DNA of 64,000 nt from Rhodothermales bacterium. GTDB lineage: Bacteria > Bacteroidota > Rhodothermia > Rhodothermales > Bin80. The DNA lies in NCBI GenBank assembly GCA_022821385.1, contig JAJEDR010000056.1:28038-92037 (forward strand). The letters run 5' to 3'. Shown here in pieces: positions 28,461 through 37,567 of this stretch. The translations under genes and the position numbers were made by a program. The stretch's first letter is position 1, and every line of letters starts with the position of its first letter. Below the pieces are notes generated by a model. The model saw nothing but the letters and a program-made list of their open reading frames with translations, did not search any database and was not told the DNA's origin.

Positions 28461-30236
28461 TTAAGAATCTATAGGTGCGGATGCTTCCGCTTTACTCCAT
28501 CGAGAACCCGATTTGGGTTCCCAATCCTTTCGACCGGAAAGTCCGGCCAGGAAGAAAACAATCGCGATCAACAGGAAGAAAACAATAACAATCGCGCTCA
28601 CAACACCCCCAGCATAACCCAGTGTGGGGGTAAACGCATCTACGGAGGTGTCGCGTACTACACCATACACATGCCAATGCTGACGCATACCAGCACGAAC
28701 ATAGCCCATGAGGCCCATCAGCCAGGTAAACGTGATCGCCAGGAAGAAAAGGGCATACTGCGATCGAGCCGAAATTTTTCCCCACACGATTTCCCCGCGG
28801 GACTTTGCATTCTTGAACAGGAAAATATCAATGACCGTCACAGATATCATCGCAAACAATACAGACATCACCTGTGGCTGACTCAGTCCAATACGCGTTT
28901 GGGCATCCACAAAGTACCCGTAAACACCCAGAAATACGACGTAGATCACCACTGCAGCAAATATGCCGAATTGAACCCAGTTCCCGGTCTTGGCCCACGA
29001 AACGGTCGCCTCCTTGTTCGCACGCCGATAGAGCAGGAAGCTGACATAGGTTGTGAGTATGAGCAGGTTAACCGCGGTATTCTTCGCGCTCATCACACCC
29101 AGAACATTCAGTATAGGATGATGTGAACCTCCCATTGCGCGGGCCTCTTCCACCGTCGCAACAAGCGAATGCGGGGTTGCCCACACGATAAAACAAAGCG
29201 TAATGATGCCCAGAAGGTATTTGATAAACCCTCGGAAGCGTTCTGCCCCCGGTATCCGGGCCATGCTTAGCCACAGATAGTAGTTGGCCGCCAGGAACAG
29301 GTTACCAATCAGTACCGCCTGCACGATAAACAACCACGAGAACGTACCTCCCATCAACGTGATTCCAAGGCTCTGGTCGTACGCGTAAATCTCAACCCCC
29401 AACCAGTAACCCGCAAACGGGAGGGGCAGCAATGCACAAATGGCCACAAAAATACCTATGTACCCCATCCAGTCGTAATGAGCCCGGGCCTCCAGTGTTT
29501 TCGCGCCCAAAAATTTGAAGGCGCCGTAAGCTGCCCCGATAGCTCCCCCAAAAGCCACATTGGCAATAATCCGGTGGATGTTGATGGGCATCCAGATGTA
29601 ATTGTTGATTGCCTCCCAGATATTGGTCAGGTTGCCCATCTCGTCAATTCCATTGGGCGTGTTCATGAACGTCAACCAGGCATTGGCAATGAACATGATC
29701 GCCGTGCCCACGATGTTGAGCATCACCCCTAGGAACAAGTGCAGGCGGGGGGAGAGTTTCCCCCAGCCGTAGTAATACGCGTAGAGGAAAAACGCTTCAA
29801 GAAAGAACAGCAGGACATACGGTAAAAAGGTCCAACTGAATATCTTGACCAGATATTGGGTAAGCGCTGGATAAAAGACGATCAGCCCGAAGGTAAGCAG
29901 CGCACCCAGGGTTGCCGTGAATGAGAACGACACCGAAAGCAACTTCGTGAAATCGTAGGCCAGTTGGTCATAGCGCCGGTCCCCCGTCTTGTAGCCGATG
30001 AACTCAATGACGAGCGCAAAAATGGGAACTGCTAACACAAACGCTGCAAACATCAAATGCAACTCGGCGACCGCCCACATAAGCACACGGCTGCTTATGA
30101 AAGGCAGCGCCCTGTACTCGGGATCGGCCTCCTGGGGGGCAGCCCAGGCTGACTCAGAACACAGAGCCACTAACACCAATACGAGGATTCCCAGAGGAAT
30201 CCTCAGCATCCACGATCTTCGATCAATTGTCAGCAT
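28461..30236 (-). CDS. Cytochrome bd subunit I (CydA)-family membrane protein, non-canonical (no CydB partner, no long Q-loop)
   Basis: Four motifs resemble canonical CydA motifs: AVAELHLMFAAF (His19 region), FFLEAFFLYAYYYGW (FFLES..FFFGW), NAWLTFMNTPNG (N.WMQ.P.G) and HRIIANVAFGGAIGAAYGAF (His186 region). GMRQHWHVYGV resembles GRQPW.VYG. I count about 13 TM segments plus a signal-like N-terminus. Confidence 0.75.
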   Translation of the reverse strand: MLTIDRRSWMLRIPLGILVLVLVALCSESAWAAPQEADPEYRALPFISSRVLMWAVAELHLMFAAFVLAVPIFALVIEFIGYKTGDRRYDQLAYDFTKLLSVSFSFTATLGALLTFGLIVFYPALTQYLVKIFSWTFLPYVLLFFLEAFFLYAYYYGWGKLSPRLHLFLGVMLNIVGTAIMFIANAWLTFMNTPNGIDEMGNLTNIWEAINNYIWMPINIHRIIANVAFGGAIGAAYGAFKFLGAKTLEARAHYDWMGYIGIFVAICALLPLPFAGYWLGVEIYAYDQSLGITLMGGTFSWLFIVQAVLIGNLFLAANYYLWLSMARIPGAERFRGFIKYLLGIITLCFIVWATPHSLVATVEEARAMGGSHHPILNVLGVMSAKNTAVNLLILTTYVSFLLYRRANKEATVSWAKTGNWVQFGIFAAVVIYVVFLGVYGYFVDAQTRIGLSQPQVMSVLFAMISVTVIDIFLFKNAKSRGEIVWGKISARSQYALFFLAITFTWLMGLMGYVRAGMRQHWHVYGVVRDTSVDAFTPTLGYAGGVVSAIVIVFFLLIAIVFFLAGLSGRKDWEPKSGSRWSKAEASAPIDS

Positions 30237-30344
30237 TACAGTTATCAGACAGACAGCGCAGCAGGTGAGTCATAGGCAAACAAACAGGAACAGGAAAATA
30301 AGCAATGATCTTCAAGTTGCGCCTCTCAAGATGATCAGATTAGG

Positions 30345-30352
30345 TATTTTTG
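30345..30352 (+). promoter_or_regulatory. Candidate Bacteroidota-type -7 promoter box (TAnnTTTG) for the DoxX gene
   Basis: TATTTTTG lies 55 nt upstream of the ATG at 30407, in the 170-bp divergent spacer between the bd-like operon and the DoxX gene. Confidence 0.25.
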
Positions 30353-30369
30353 GGCTTGCGTGGCCCAAA
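30349..30369. promoter_or_regulatory. Perfect 7-bp inverted repeat (tttgggc-N7-gcccaaa) overlapping the candidate promoter box
   Basis: Read directly from the sequence. It could be an operator or an RNA hairpin. No T-run follows it. Confidence 0.3.
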
Positions 30370-30406
30370 TTAGTTATTTTCAACCGTAAGGTAAAAAATT
30401 TTCAGT

Positions 30407-31579
30407 ATGCTCCAAAAATTTGACGCGTGGCTTGACGAATATCGTGAAATTGCCTTTGACCTGATCCGTATCTATCTGGGCATCGGCCTGTTTGCACGAG
30501 GGATTCTTTTTTTGTTTGACGCATCAACGCTCGTGGCGCTTCTACCAGAAGGCGCACCGGCGTGGCTTTCCGAAAGCTGGGTGCATCTCTTCGTAGCCGG
30601 GTTTCACATGGTAGGCGGACTGCTGATCACAGCCGGATTCTGGACACGCATCGCCGCCCTCTCCCAGATTCCCATTCTTTTTGGAGCAGTGTTTTTGAGT
30701 CTGGGAAGTTTGTTTTCGGCAAACCAGTCGCTGGAACTGTCCTCGCTAGTGCTCTTCATGTTGCTCCTGGTCGTGATCTGTGGATCGGGGAACTGGAGCC
30801 TTGATCGACTGATCGGGAATTCCCCGAACGATTTACGGCAACTGCTGGCCAAACTGTATCGCTTCCGTGCACACGCCTTTGATCTTCTGCGTATGTACCT
30901 GGGGCTCGGCCTGCTTATCCGGGGCATGCTATTCATTGCGGATGCAAACAGCTTCATGGACCTCATCGGCGCGAATTCATCGGCTATGCTACGGTCTAGC
31001 GTTCTGCTGCACTATGTTGCACTGTCGCACTTGCTGGGCGGTTTCATGCTGCTGACCGGACTGCTTTCACGCGTTGGTGCACTGATCCAGATTCCCGTCC
31101 TCGTGGGGGCAGTGTTTGTTGAAGAGATGGCCGGGGGGCTGACCGCGGGTACACAGGGCTTTGAGATCGCCATGCTGACCCTGTTCCTGCTGATCCTGAT
31201 CTTCCTCTACGGATCGGGCCAGATCTCCAGCGATCACTATTTCTTCAAGCGAACCAGCGGACCTACGCCAACGCGCACCACCGTGACCGGGCAGGCGGCG
31301 GAGATCCTTAGTCAGGATGTACCAAAGGATCGTGAATTCGCAAACCCAGTCGACATTCTTGCAGTCCCGGAGGCATTGACCTCCGAAGAATCCATCAAGG
31401 AAATCATCTCAAACCCCTATATCGTGTCCCAGGCTCGATACAGTTTCTGGGGCTGGGCCTTGTTCCTGATGGATGTGACCCCGCAGCCAAAAGAGATTGT
31501 GTTCCGAGATGTCCACAGTGGACAGATTCTGCGTCGCAGCAAGGACCCCAGCGTCATCCAACAATTCAGATACCGATAA
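30407..31579 (+). CDS. Tandem DoxX-family membrane protein with a C-terminal soluble extension
   Basis: Two similar ~135-aa units are present (FDLIRIYLGIGLFARG...HMVGGLLITAGFWTRIAALSQIPILFGAVF and FDLLRMYLGLGLLIRG...HLLGGFMLLTGLLSRVGALIQIPVLVGAVF). Confidence 0.75.
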   Translation: MLQKFDAWLDEYREIAFDLIRIYLGIGLFARGILFLFDASTLVALLPEGAPAWLSESWVHLFVAGFHMVGGLLITAGFWTRIAALSQIPILFGAVFLSLGSLFSANQSLELSSLVLFMLLLVVICGSGNWSLDRLIGNSPNDLRQLLAKLYRFRAHAFDLLRMYLGLGLLIRGMLFIADANSFMDLIGANSSAMLRSSVLLHYVALSHLLGGFMLLTGLLSRVGALIQIPVLVGAVFVEEMAGGLTAGTQGFEIAMLTLFLLILIFLYGSGQISSDHYFFKRTSGPTPTRTTVTGQAAEILSQDVPKDREFANPVDILAVPEALTSEESIKEIISNPYIVSQARYSFWGWALFLMDVTPQPKEIVFRDVHSGQILRRSKDPSVIQQFRYR

Positions 31580-32054
31580 CCCCTGCGCTGCGGAGATACT
31601 GATCTTCTTTTCTTCGCATGGTTCGTACACCTTCGGAGGTATCGTCCTCATACCCCAGCAGATGGAGCATGCCGTGCACGATGTACCGGCAGACCTCTTC
31701 GGTATAGGTGGCCGAATAGGCGTTACAGTGGATTTGCGCAAAATCCAGGCTCACATAGATTTCGCCATCTAATGCCGCTTCATCACTGAGAGAAAAACTC
31801 AAGACATCCGTATCATAATCTGCCTTCTTCCAGGACCTGTTCAGCTCACGCAACTGTTCAGCACTCATGAGGGTGATTTCCAGTTGCCGGAGGCATTGAC
31901 CTTCCCCCTCGGCCACTTGAGCTACCAGATGCTCTATGAGATTCGGATCAAAATCAAGCTTTTGGTGCGCAACAGTGACTGATAATTCACCTTCCGGCGC
32001 GTCTGTGGTCAGGTCTGGCCAGTGATCAGGCGGGGTTTTCATCCTCATCATCAA
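31566..32054 (-). CDS. ybeY: rRNA maturation endoribonuclease YbeY
   Basis: The HGMLHLLGYED zinc-binding motif is present and the size is about 150 aa. Confidence 0.85.
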   Translation of the reverse strand: MMMRMKTPPDHWPDLTTDAPEGELSVTVAHQKLDFDPNLIEHLVAQVAEGEGQCLRQLEITLMSAEQLRELNRSWKKADYDTDVLSFSLSDEAALDGEIYVSLDFAQIHCNAYSATYTEEVCRYIVHGMLHLLGYEDDTSEGVRTMRRKEDQYLRSAGVIGI

Positions 32055-32508
32055 ACGTGAACCCTTCCAGGGCCCCCTCAGCCATCAGGAAAGAAATCAC
32101 ACTGTTTGAAATCTGCCGGGGCATTTTGGTGTAATCCATATCCAGCAGACGTCGGTCATAATTCGCATAAAGCTGACACCAGGCTGTGGCCTGCACAATG
32201 AGTGCGTTTACGACATTGTCCCCCTTCGCATAGAAGATTACTTCCTGGAACTCCTCCTCGGCTACTAGACCTGTGCACCCGACCAGATGAAGCTGTCCAC
32301 TTACCGTTTCGGCAGTCACAATGTGGCCGGAAATTTCCCCCTTGAGCTCTCCCGGAAATTCAACATCTATTGAGATCTCCAGGTTGATGGTCTGGCCAAG
32401 CTCTTCGTTCGTGACCTCGTAGCGTACAACGTGGTCCTGTCGTTTGGGCACTGTACCCAGTGCACGACCGATCCGTTCAAAGTCGTGTTCGTGAAACTGA
32501 AACGCCAT
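32026..32508 (-). CDS. Hypothetical acidic-tailed protein
   Basis: The 160-aa ORF overlaps the ybeY start by 29 nt on the same strand. I saw no recognisable motif. Confidence 0.55.
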   Translation of the reverse strand: MAFQFHEHDFERIGRALGTVPKRQDHVVRYEVTNEELGQTINLEISIDVEFPGELKGEISGHIVTAETVSGQLHLVGCTGLVAEEEFQEVIFYAKGDNVVNALIVQATAWCQLYANYDRRLLDMDYTKMPRQISNSVISFLMAEGALEGFTFDDEDENPA

Positions 32509-32537
32509 TTTTGATACTAGCTGATCTGATCCTCAAG

Positions 32538-35489
32538 CTACTGAATTTCGTCTTGAACTCCCGAGTCCTGTCCGGCGGAATCCTGTGTTGATATCCCTAC
32601 TACATTCCCGGAGCTGTCAAAAATTGTTCCTTCTGGCAGCCCCATCATCAATGCACGCATTTGATCAGCGGTAATGTTTGCCTCCTCCCCGAAATCTTCA
32701 CGAATATTATTCTCAAATGCCGCGGCCCCCTCGTAATCCTCCGCCTGTACGTACGCTCTTCGTATTGCATCCACCAAGGCATAGTTCATCTGTTCCATTC
32801 TCTGCGAGATATTAGGTAATCTCAGCCTGTGTCTGACGAGGGGTTCGGCAAATTGAAGGATTTGCAAGGCCTTGGTGTAATCACGCGCCTGCTCATAAAC
32901 CTGTGAAATGTACATGAAAGAAGCAAAGTCTCCCGGGATCGTCGTAAACGGTATTTTTTCCAACAATCCGTCCATGAGGGCAACGCCTTCCTCCACTTGA
33001 CCATCCTCTATCAACGCGATAGCCGTCTGCGCAAAAATATTCCTGTAGTTGTCCACCATATTCCGAATATTCGCGTCATAGTAAACCTTGGGGTTATTCA
33101 GGTTCCTGAACCTGAACGTCTTTAGCCGCTCTGGGGTTACTCCAAGTTCGACCCGCCCCTGAGAATCCTCGTGGCGTATCGGAACGACACGTAAAGCCTT
33201 GCCTTCCAGCTGGAAATAATTCTGCAAATCCAGACGACCATCGGGTGCCACGGTTACAGCAAAGTACACTGGACGTTTCCATCCATCGGCAGCTGCTCCA
33301 GCAACTATATTTAGGGCAGCCCAGTCTGCCCCATATATGAGATGCGTTGTCTCACCAGTCTGCGGATCCGTACTAAGTGGCCGACCACGCAGTGTCCAGG
33401 TCATTGAGCTGTCGATCATGCCCCGGTCAGCCTGGCCGATGAATACTTCTGATTCCTCGGAAAAGAGCGCTGTATCAACAGGTAACTGAAATGTTCTTGG
33501 CTCCCATAAACTGGCACTTAGACCATCTATATCTCTATCAGACATTCTTATGGGTAACGGAGATGATTCCCGCGAATGCTGATTCTTGAGTTGCCGCACG
33601 TACCACGGTGTATTCAACAGAGAGAGGTTTGCAACGCGTACATCCCTTCGAACACCTTCGACTTCCTGCGCATACCAGAGAGGAAAGGTGTCGTTATCAC
33701 CATTCGTGAACAGGATCCCGTCCGCCGCGACGCTCATTAGCATATTATGCGCGTAGTCGGGTGCAATGTAACGACCAGATCGATCGTGGTCGTCAAAATT
33801 TTCCATGGTCATCCAACCCGGAACGGCCAGAAATACTATCGCAGCAACAACCCACGTTAGATTGCGGAACACATCGCCTATTGCATCCCGCACGAGCCGG
33901 AGAAACCCGCTAGCTCCAATTCCAATCCACAGACTGAAAGCAAAAAAGCTCGCGACATACGAATAATCCCGCTCCCGGGGCTGCATCGGTGTCTGATTGA
34001 GATAGAGGATTATCCCCACACCGGTGACCAAAAACAGGATCAGCACACTGAACGCCCGCCGCCAGTCCCTGCGGAAGTGATAAAGCATTCCAAAGAGACC
34101 CAGCAGCAATGGCAGTGCAAAGTATCTGTTGCGACTTGCTTTTTCGCTGGGAGTCTGCTGGAATGTTTCGTTTGGCCCATCAATGAAAGTGATTCCCGTT
34201 ATCTGCCGCGCCCCTTCAACATCACTCTCCCGTCCAGAGAAATTCCATAGAAAATAACGCAGGTACATATGCCCCAACTGATACCTCCAGAAGAATTCCA
34301 TGTCGGAGTTGTAGCGCCGATAGACATTTACATGCTGCGGCGAAGGTGAATATCGTCGGGGAAACAGCTTTTCGTTGTTTTCATCGAAACCACCGGTCGC
34401 GTTATTGAAGCTGGGTCCACTTAAAATGGGCGTTTCGCCGTACTGCTCACGCTCCAGATAGGATACGATTGCTTCCGGGGTTTCGGGGTCATTTTCGTCA
34501 ATGGGCGGATCAGCTGCGCTGCGAATAAAGATGACTGCGTAGCTAGAGTACCCAATCAGCACCATAAGCAGACATACCGCAACAAGGTTCGCAGTCTGTA
34601 GTTGCCGTTTATGCGTCATCCATACAGCTGCAACAACTCCAAGAGCCACCAACAGCAACACGATCAATGGTTGTCCGGTTTCTCCGGCAAGCCCCGGCAG
34701 TTTTTGTACGATCCCCGGGTAAATGACAAGAAATGCAACGGACGCTACTACGAGCGTTAGAAGAATAGCCTGCCAGCGCTTTCTCGACTTCCAGTCAGGC
34801 TGTCCCTGAACATCCCATTCCTTGCGATCGTACTCGACAAAAAAGAAGATCAGTGCAATAAAAAAGAGTGCTAGTAAACTCAAAAGGTGCACACCGATGG
34901 CCAATCCAAACAAATAGGCGACCAGTACAAGTATCCGGTTGGCCCCTAATCCCAGGCGATCACGCGTATTGGCAAGTTCTTCCCGCGCGAGATCGCTCCA
35001 TTTCATGATCAGCCACACCACGAGTGCGGTAAAAAGCATAGACATCGCATACACCTCCGCCTCCACTGCATTGAACCAGAATGAATCCGTAACTGCAAAC
35101 GTGCAGGCCCCAACCACGCCCCCGAACCGCTGAACAAAAGTAGCCGAGACAGGACCGCTATTCCCCCCACGCGTGTTCGGGGTGAACTCCCGGAGCAATC
35201 GAACAATGATCCAATACGTTAACAGTATCGTGAATGCACTGGAAAACACCGAAACCAGATTGACCGACAGCGCAACCAAGTCTGAGGGAACAAACATGGA
35301 AAAAAGCCGCCCGACCAACATATAGAAGGGAGCCCCCGGGGGATGTGATACCTGCAGTCCATGTGCAATCGCAATAAACTCTCCTGCGTCCCAAAAACTC
35401 GCTGTGGGGGCAACAGTCAGAAGGTACAGCACCAGCGCATACGCAAATACTCCAATAGATACAAATAGGCCTGCACCCTGAGATTTCAT
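32538..35489 (-). CDS. DUF2723-family (protein O-mannosyltransferase-like) polytopic membrane glycosyltransferase
   Basis: The N-terminal LYLLTVAPTASFWDAGEFIAIAHGLQVSHPPGAPFY is characteristic of the family. Many TM helices are followed by a large TPR-like C-terminal region. Confidence 0.75.
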   Translation of the reverse strand: MKSQGAGLFVSIGVFAYALVLYLLTVAPTASFWDAGEFIAIAHGLQVSHPPGAPFYMLVGRLFSMFVPSDLVALSVNLVSVFSSAFTILLTYWIIVRLLREFTPNTRGGNSGPVSATFVQRFGGVVGACTFAVTDSFWFNAVEAEVYAMSMLFTALVVWLIMKWSDLAREELANTRDRLGLGANRILVLVAYLFGLAIGVHLLSLLALFFIALIFFFVEYDRKEWDVQGQPDWKSRKRWQAILLTLVVASVAFLVIYPGIVQKLPGLAGETGQPLIVLLLVALGVVAAVWMTHKRQLQTANLVAVCLLMVLIGYSSYAVIFIRSAADPPIDENDPETPEAIVSYLEREQYGETPILSGPSFNNATGGFDENNEKLFPRRYSPSPQHVNVYRRYNSDMEFFWRYQLGHMYLRYFLWNFSGRESDVEGARQITGITFIDGPNETFQQTPSEKASRNRYFALPLLLGLFGMLYHFRRDWRRAFSVLILFLVTGVGIILYLNQTPMQPRERDYSYVASFFAFSLWIGIGASGFLRLVRDAIGDVFRNLTWVVAAIVFLAVPGWMTMENFDDHDRSGRYIAPDYAHNMLMSVAADGILFTNGDNDTFPLWYAQEVEGVRRDVRVANLSLLNTPWYVRQLKNQHSRESSPLPIRMSDRDIDGLSASLWEPRTFQLPVDTALFSEESEVFIGQADRGMIDSSMTWTLRGRPLSTDPQTGETTHLIYGADWAALNIVAGAAADGWKRPVYFAVTVAPDGRLDLQNYFQLEGKALRVVPIRHEDSQGRVELGVTPERLKTFRFRNLNNPKVYYDANIRNMVDNYRNIFAQTAIALIEDGQVEEGVALMDGLLEKIPFTTIPGDFASFMYISQVYEQARDYTKALQILQFAEPLVRHRLRLPNISQRMEQMNYALVDAIRRAYVQAEDYEGAAAFENNIREDFGEEANITADQMRALMMGLPEGTIFDSSGNVVGISTQDSAGQDSGVQDEIQ

Positions 35490-35683
35490 ATTATAACTGA
35501 CATGGATGAACGTAAAAACGGAACCAGTGTAACTACGGACTGGAACGCGTGTTGCCGGATCGAGGGTTAAAAACAGGTTGCTCGCAGTCTACGGCCTGGA
35601 TTTCCGGCTTTGCCATGCTATGAATGCGCAGCCCAAGGATCCTTTAATGACCAGCTCTGCACCAGTAAGTTTGGATTAATACC

Positions 35684-37171
35684 ATGAATATAGTCCCCAA
35701 TATTATTCATCGTATGGTCCTGCGTCAACTTCCCGGTCCATTGCTGGGTTGGTTGGGTATGCTGCTTTTTTTGCTGTTAATGCAGTTTCTCATCAAGTTT
35801 CTGCCGGAACTGACCGGGCGTGACTTACCAATTGGAATCGTACTGGAACTCATCGCCTACAACCTGGCCTATATGGTGGTCTTGTCCGTACCGATGGCGG
35901 CACTATTGACTTCCCTAATGGTCTTCGGGTCACTGGCAGAATCTCGCACGTGGGTGGTGATCCGCAATTGTGGTATTACGCTGTGGGGGCTGACGTGGCC
36001 GGTATTTGCTGCCGCCATCTTCCTCACCTGGGGCATGGTCTACTTTAACAACGTGTTGCTGCCGGAATCAAACTTCAGAGCACGCAATATGTGGGAAACG
36101 ATCCGCACTGCCCGACCAGGATTCAGCTTAGAGCCCGGTGTATTCTACCAAGAAATTGATGACTACAGCATTCTGGTTGGCGAGCGGAATGGCAACCTCC
36201 TTCAGGACATTCTTATCTACGACTACACGCAAGGGGGCGTCAATGGCGCAACCATCCGGGCAAACAGGGGGGAACTGGTTCCACTTGGGAACGCGGTCAA
36301 CCTCATTCTGAACGATGGCGAAATGCACCGACTCACTCGCCGATCCGATGCACAAGGGACTGAACGATATGAAAAACTTGCCTTTGAGCGCCTACAGCTG
36401 CGTCTAGATCTCAGTGAGCTTGGGTTTCAGGTGCGTGATCCGTCCACCGGATATCGGTCGGATCGCTCCACTCCAATGGACCGCATGCTCAGCATCGTGG
36501 ATTCACTCGAGATCCGACTGTCAGAACAAGAAGCTGAGTTACGCGGCAGTATGCCGATGCCGCCCCCTGAACAAGAACCTGACGTTATGTCTACGGATGT
36601 TTCTCCCAGGAGCTCCTTGGAATGGCTTCGCAGTGAATCATTCTCCGCTTCAACTTCCGGTGCTAACCCAACAGAAGCAACAACAATGGCGCCTCGCGCC
36701 ATCCTGGACGGTTTAACCGAAGATCAAATGAAGCGCACTTACCAGCGTGCACGTGATTACGGCCGGGATGCCCGAAGCTCTATTGGCGGTAAAGGCAGAA
36801 ACCTGGAGCGTACAGCTTCGGCCATCAACCGCTATAAGGTCGAAATTCACAAGAAGTATTCGATTTCCGTCGCATGCTTCATTTTCGTCCTTATTGGCAT
36901 ACCACTTGGATTGAGTATCCGCCGGGGTGGTCTTGGAACTGCCGGAATGGTAGCAGTTGGCATTTTTCTCTTTTATTGGGTCACGCTGGTTCAGGGAGAA
37001 AAATTGGCAGACCGGGGGCTGCTCAGCCCCTGGATAGGCATGTGGTGCGCAAACATCATCATTGGCTTTGTCGGGATTTGGCTCTTCGTAAGGGTTTCGC
37101 TTGACATGCGTGCCCGACCACGCTATACCGGTAAATTCTTGTCAAGATATCTCACTGCAAAAGCGGAGTAG
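35684..37171 (+). CDS. LptF/LptG (YjgP/YjgQ) family permease with an enlarged periplasmic insert
   Basis: The N-terminal IIHRMVLRQLPGPLLGWLGMLLFLLLMQFLIKF and the TM pattern (3 N-terminal and 3 C-terminal helices) fit the family. A ~120-aa Ser/Pro/Glu-rich insert is present. Confidence 0.7.
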   Translation: MNIVPNIIHRMVLRQLPGPLLGWLGMLLFLLLMQFLIKFLPELTGRDLPIGIVLELIAYNLAYMVVLSVPMAALLTSLMVFGSLAESRTWVVIRNCGITLWGLTWPVFAAAIFLTWGMVYFNNVLLPESNFRARNMWETIRTARPGFSLEPGVFYQEIDDYSILVGERNGNLLQDILIYDYTQGGVNGATIRANRGELVPLGNAVNLILNDGEMHRLTRRSDAQGTERYEKLAFERLQLRLDLSELGFQVRDPSTGYRSDRSTPMDRMLSIVDSLEIRLSEQEAELRGSMPMPPPEQEPDVMSTDVSPRSSLEWLRSESFSASTSGANPTEATTMAPRAILDGLTEDQMKRTYQRARDYGRDARSSIGGKGRNLERTASAINRYKVEIHKKYSISVACFIFVLIGIPLGLSIRRGGLGTAGMVAVGIFLFYWVTLVQGEKLADRGLLSPWIGMWCANIIIGFVGIWLFVRVSLDMRARPRYTGKFLSRYLTAKAE

Positions 37172-37567
37172 ATCGCTGTGTGCGTTGTTAAGAACGGCTG
37201 TATATCATTGATTTGCCCCCTAAGCCAATAACGACTTGCTCTCTGCCTCTTTGAAATTTCCGTCTGACAATTTGCCGTCTCCATGAATGCATCCGCGCGT
37301 ATACACACGTACGACTCTTGGAGAAGGTTATCCCTATATTTATCACAAGATGCTGCACTAGGGAATCGATTTCATGTGCCGCTTAGTGCACCTCTCGGAC
37401 CCTACAGAAAGAACCTCGCAAATCGCCATTTCCAATTAGCAACCACCGGCACAAGCTGTCCTAACACTGCCAACGGACTGCGCTCGCACTGCAAGCGAAA
37501 CCTAAACAAGAATTCCGGCTATCAGTAGCCATGGTAGACATAATTGGATACCGACCACTTTATGCAT

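Noticed and set aside
27954-29126. A 390-aa plus-strand ORF, one of the longest in the track.
   Set aside because: It lies entirely antisense to the diheme cytochrome c and CydA-like genes, which have strong family motifs. Its translation is Arg/His/Asn-rich, low-complexity and motif-free, so it is an antisense artefact.
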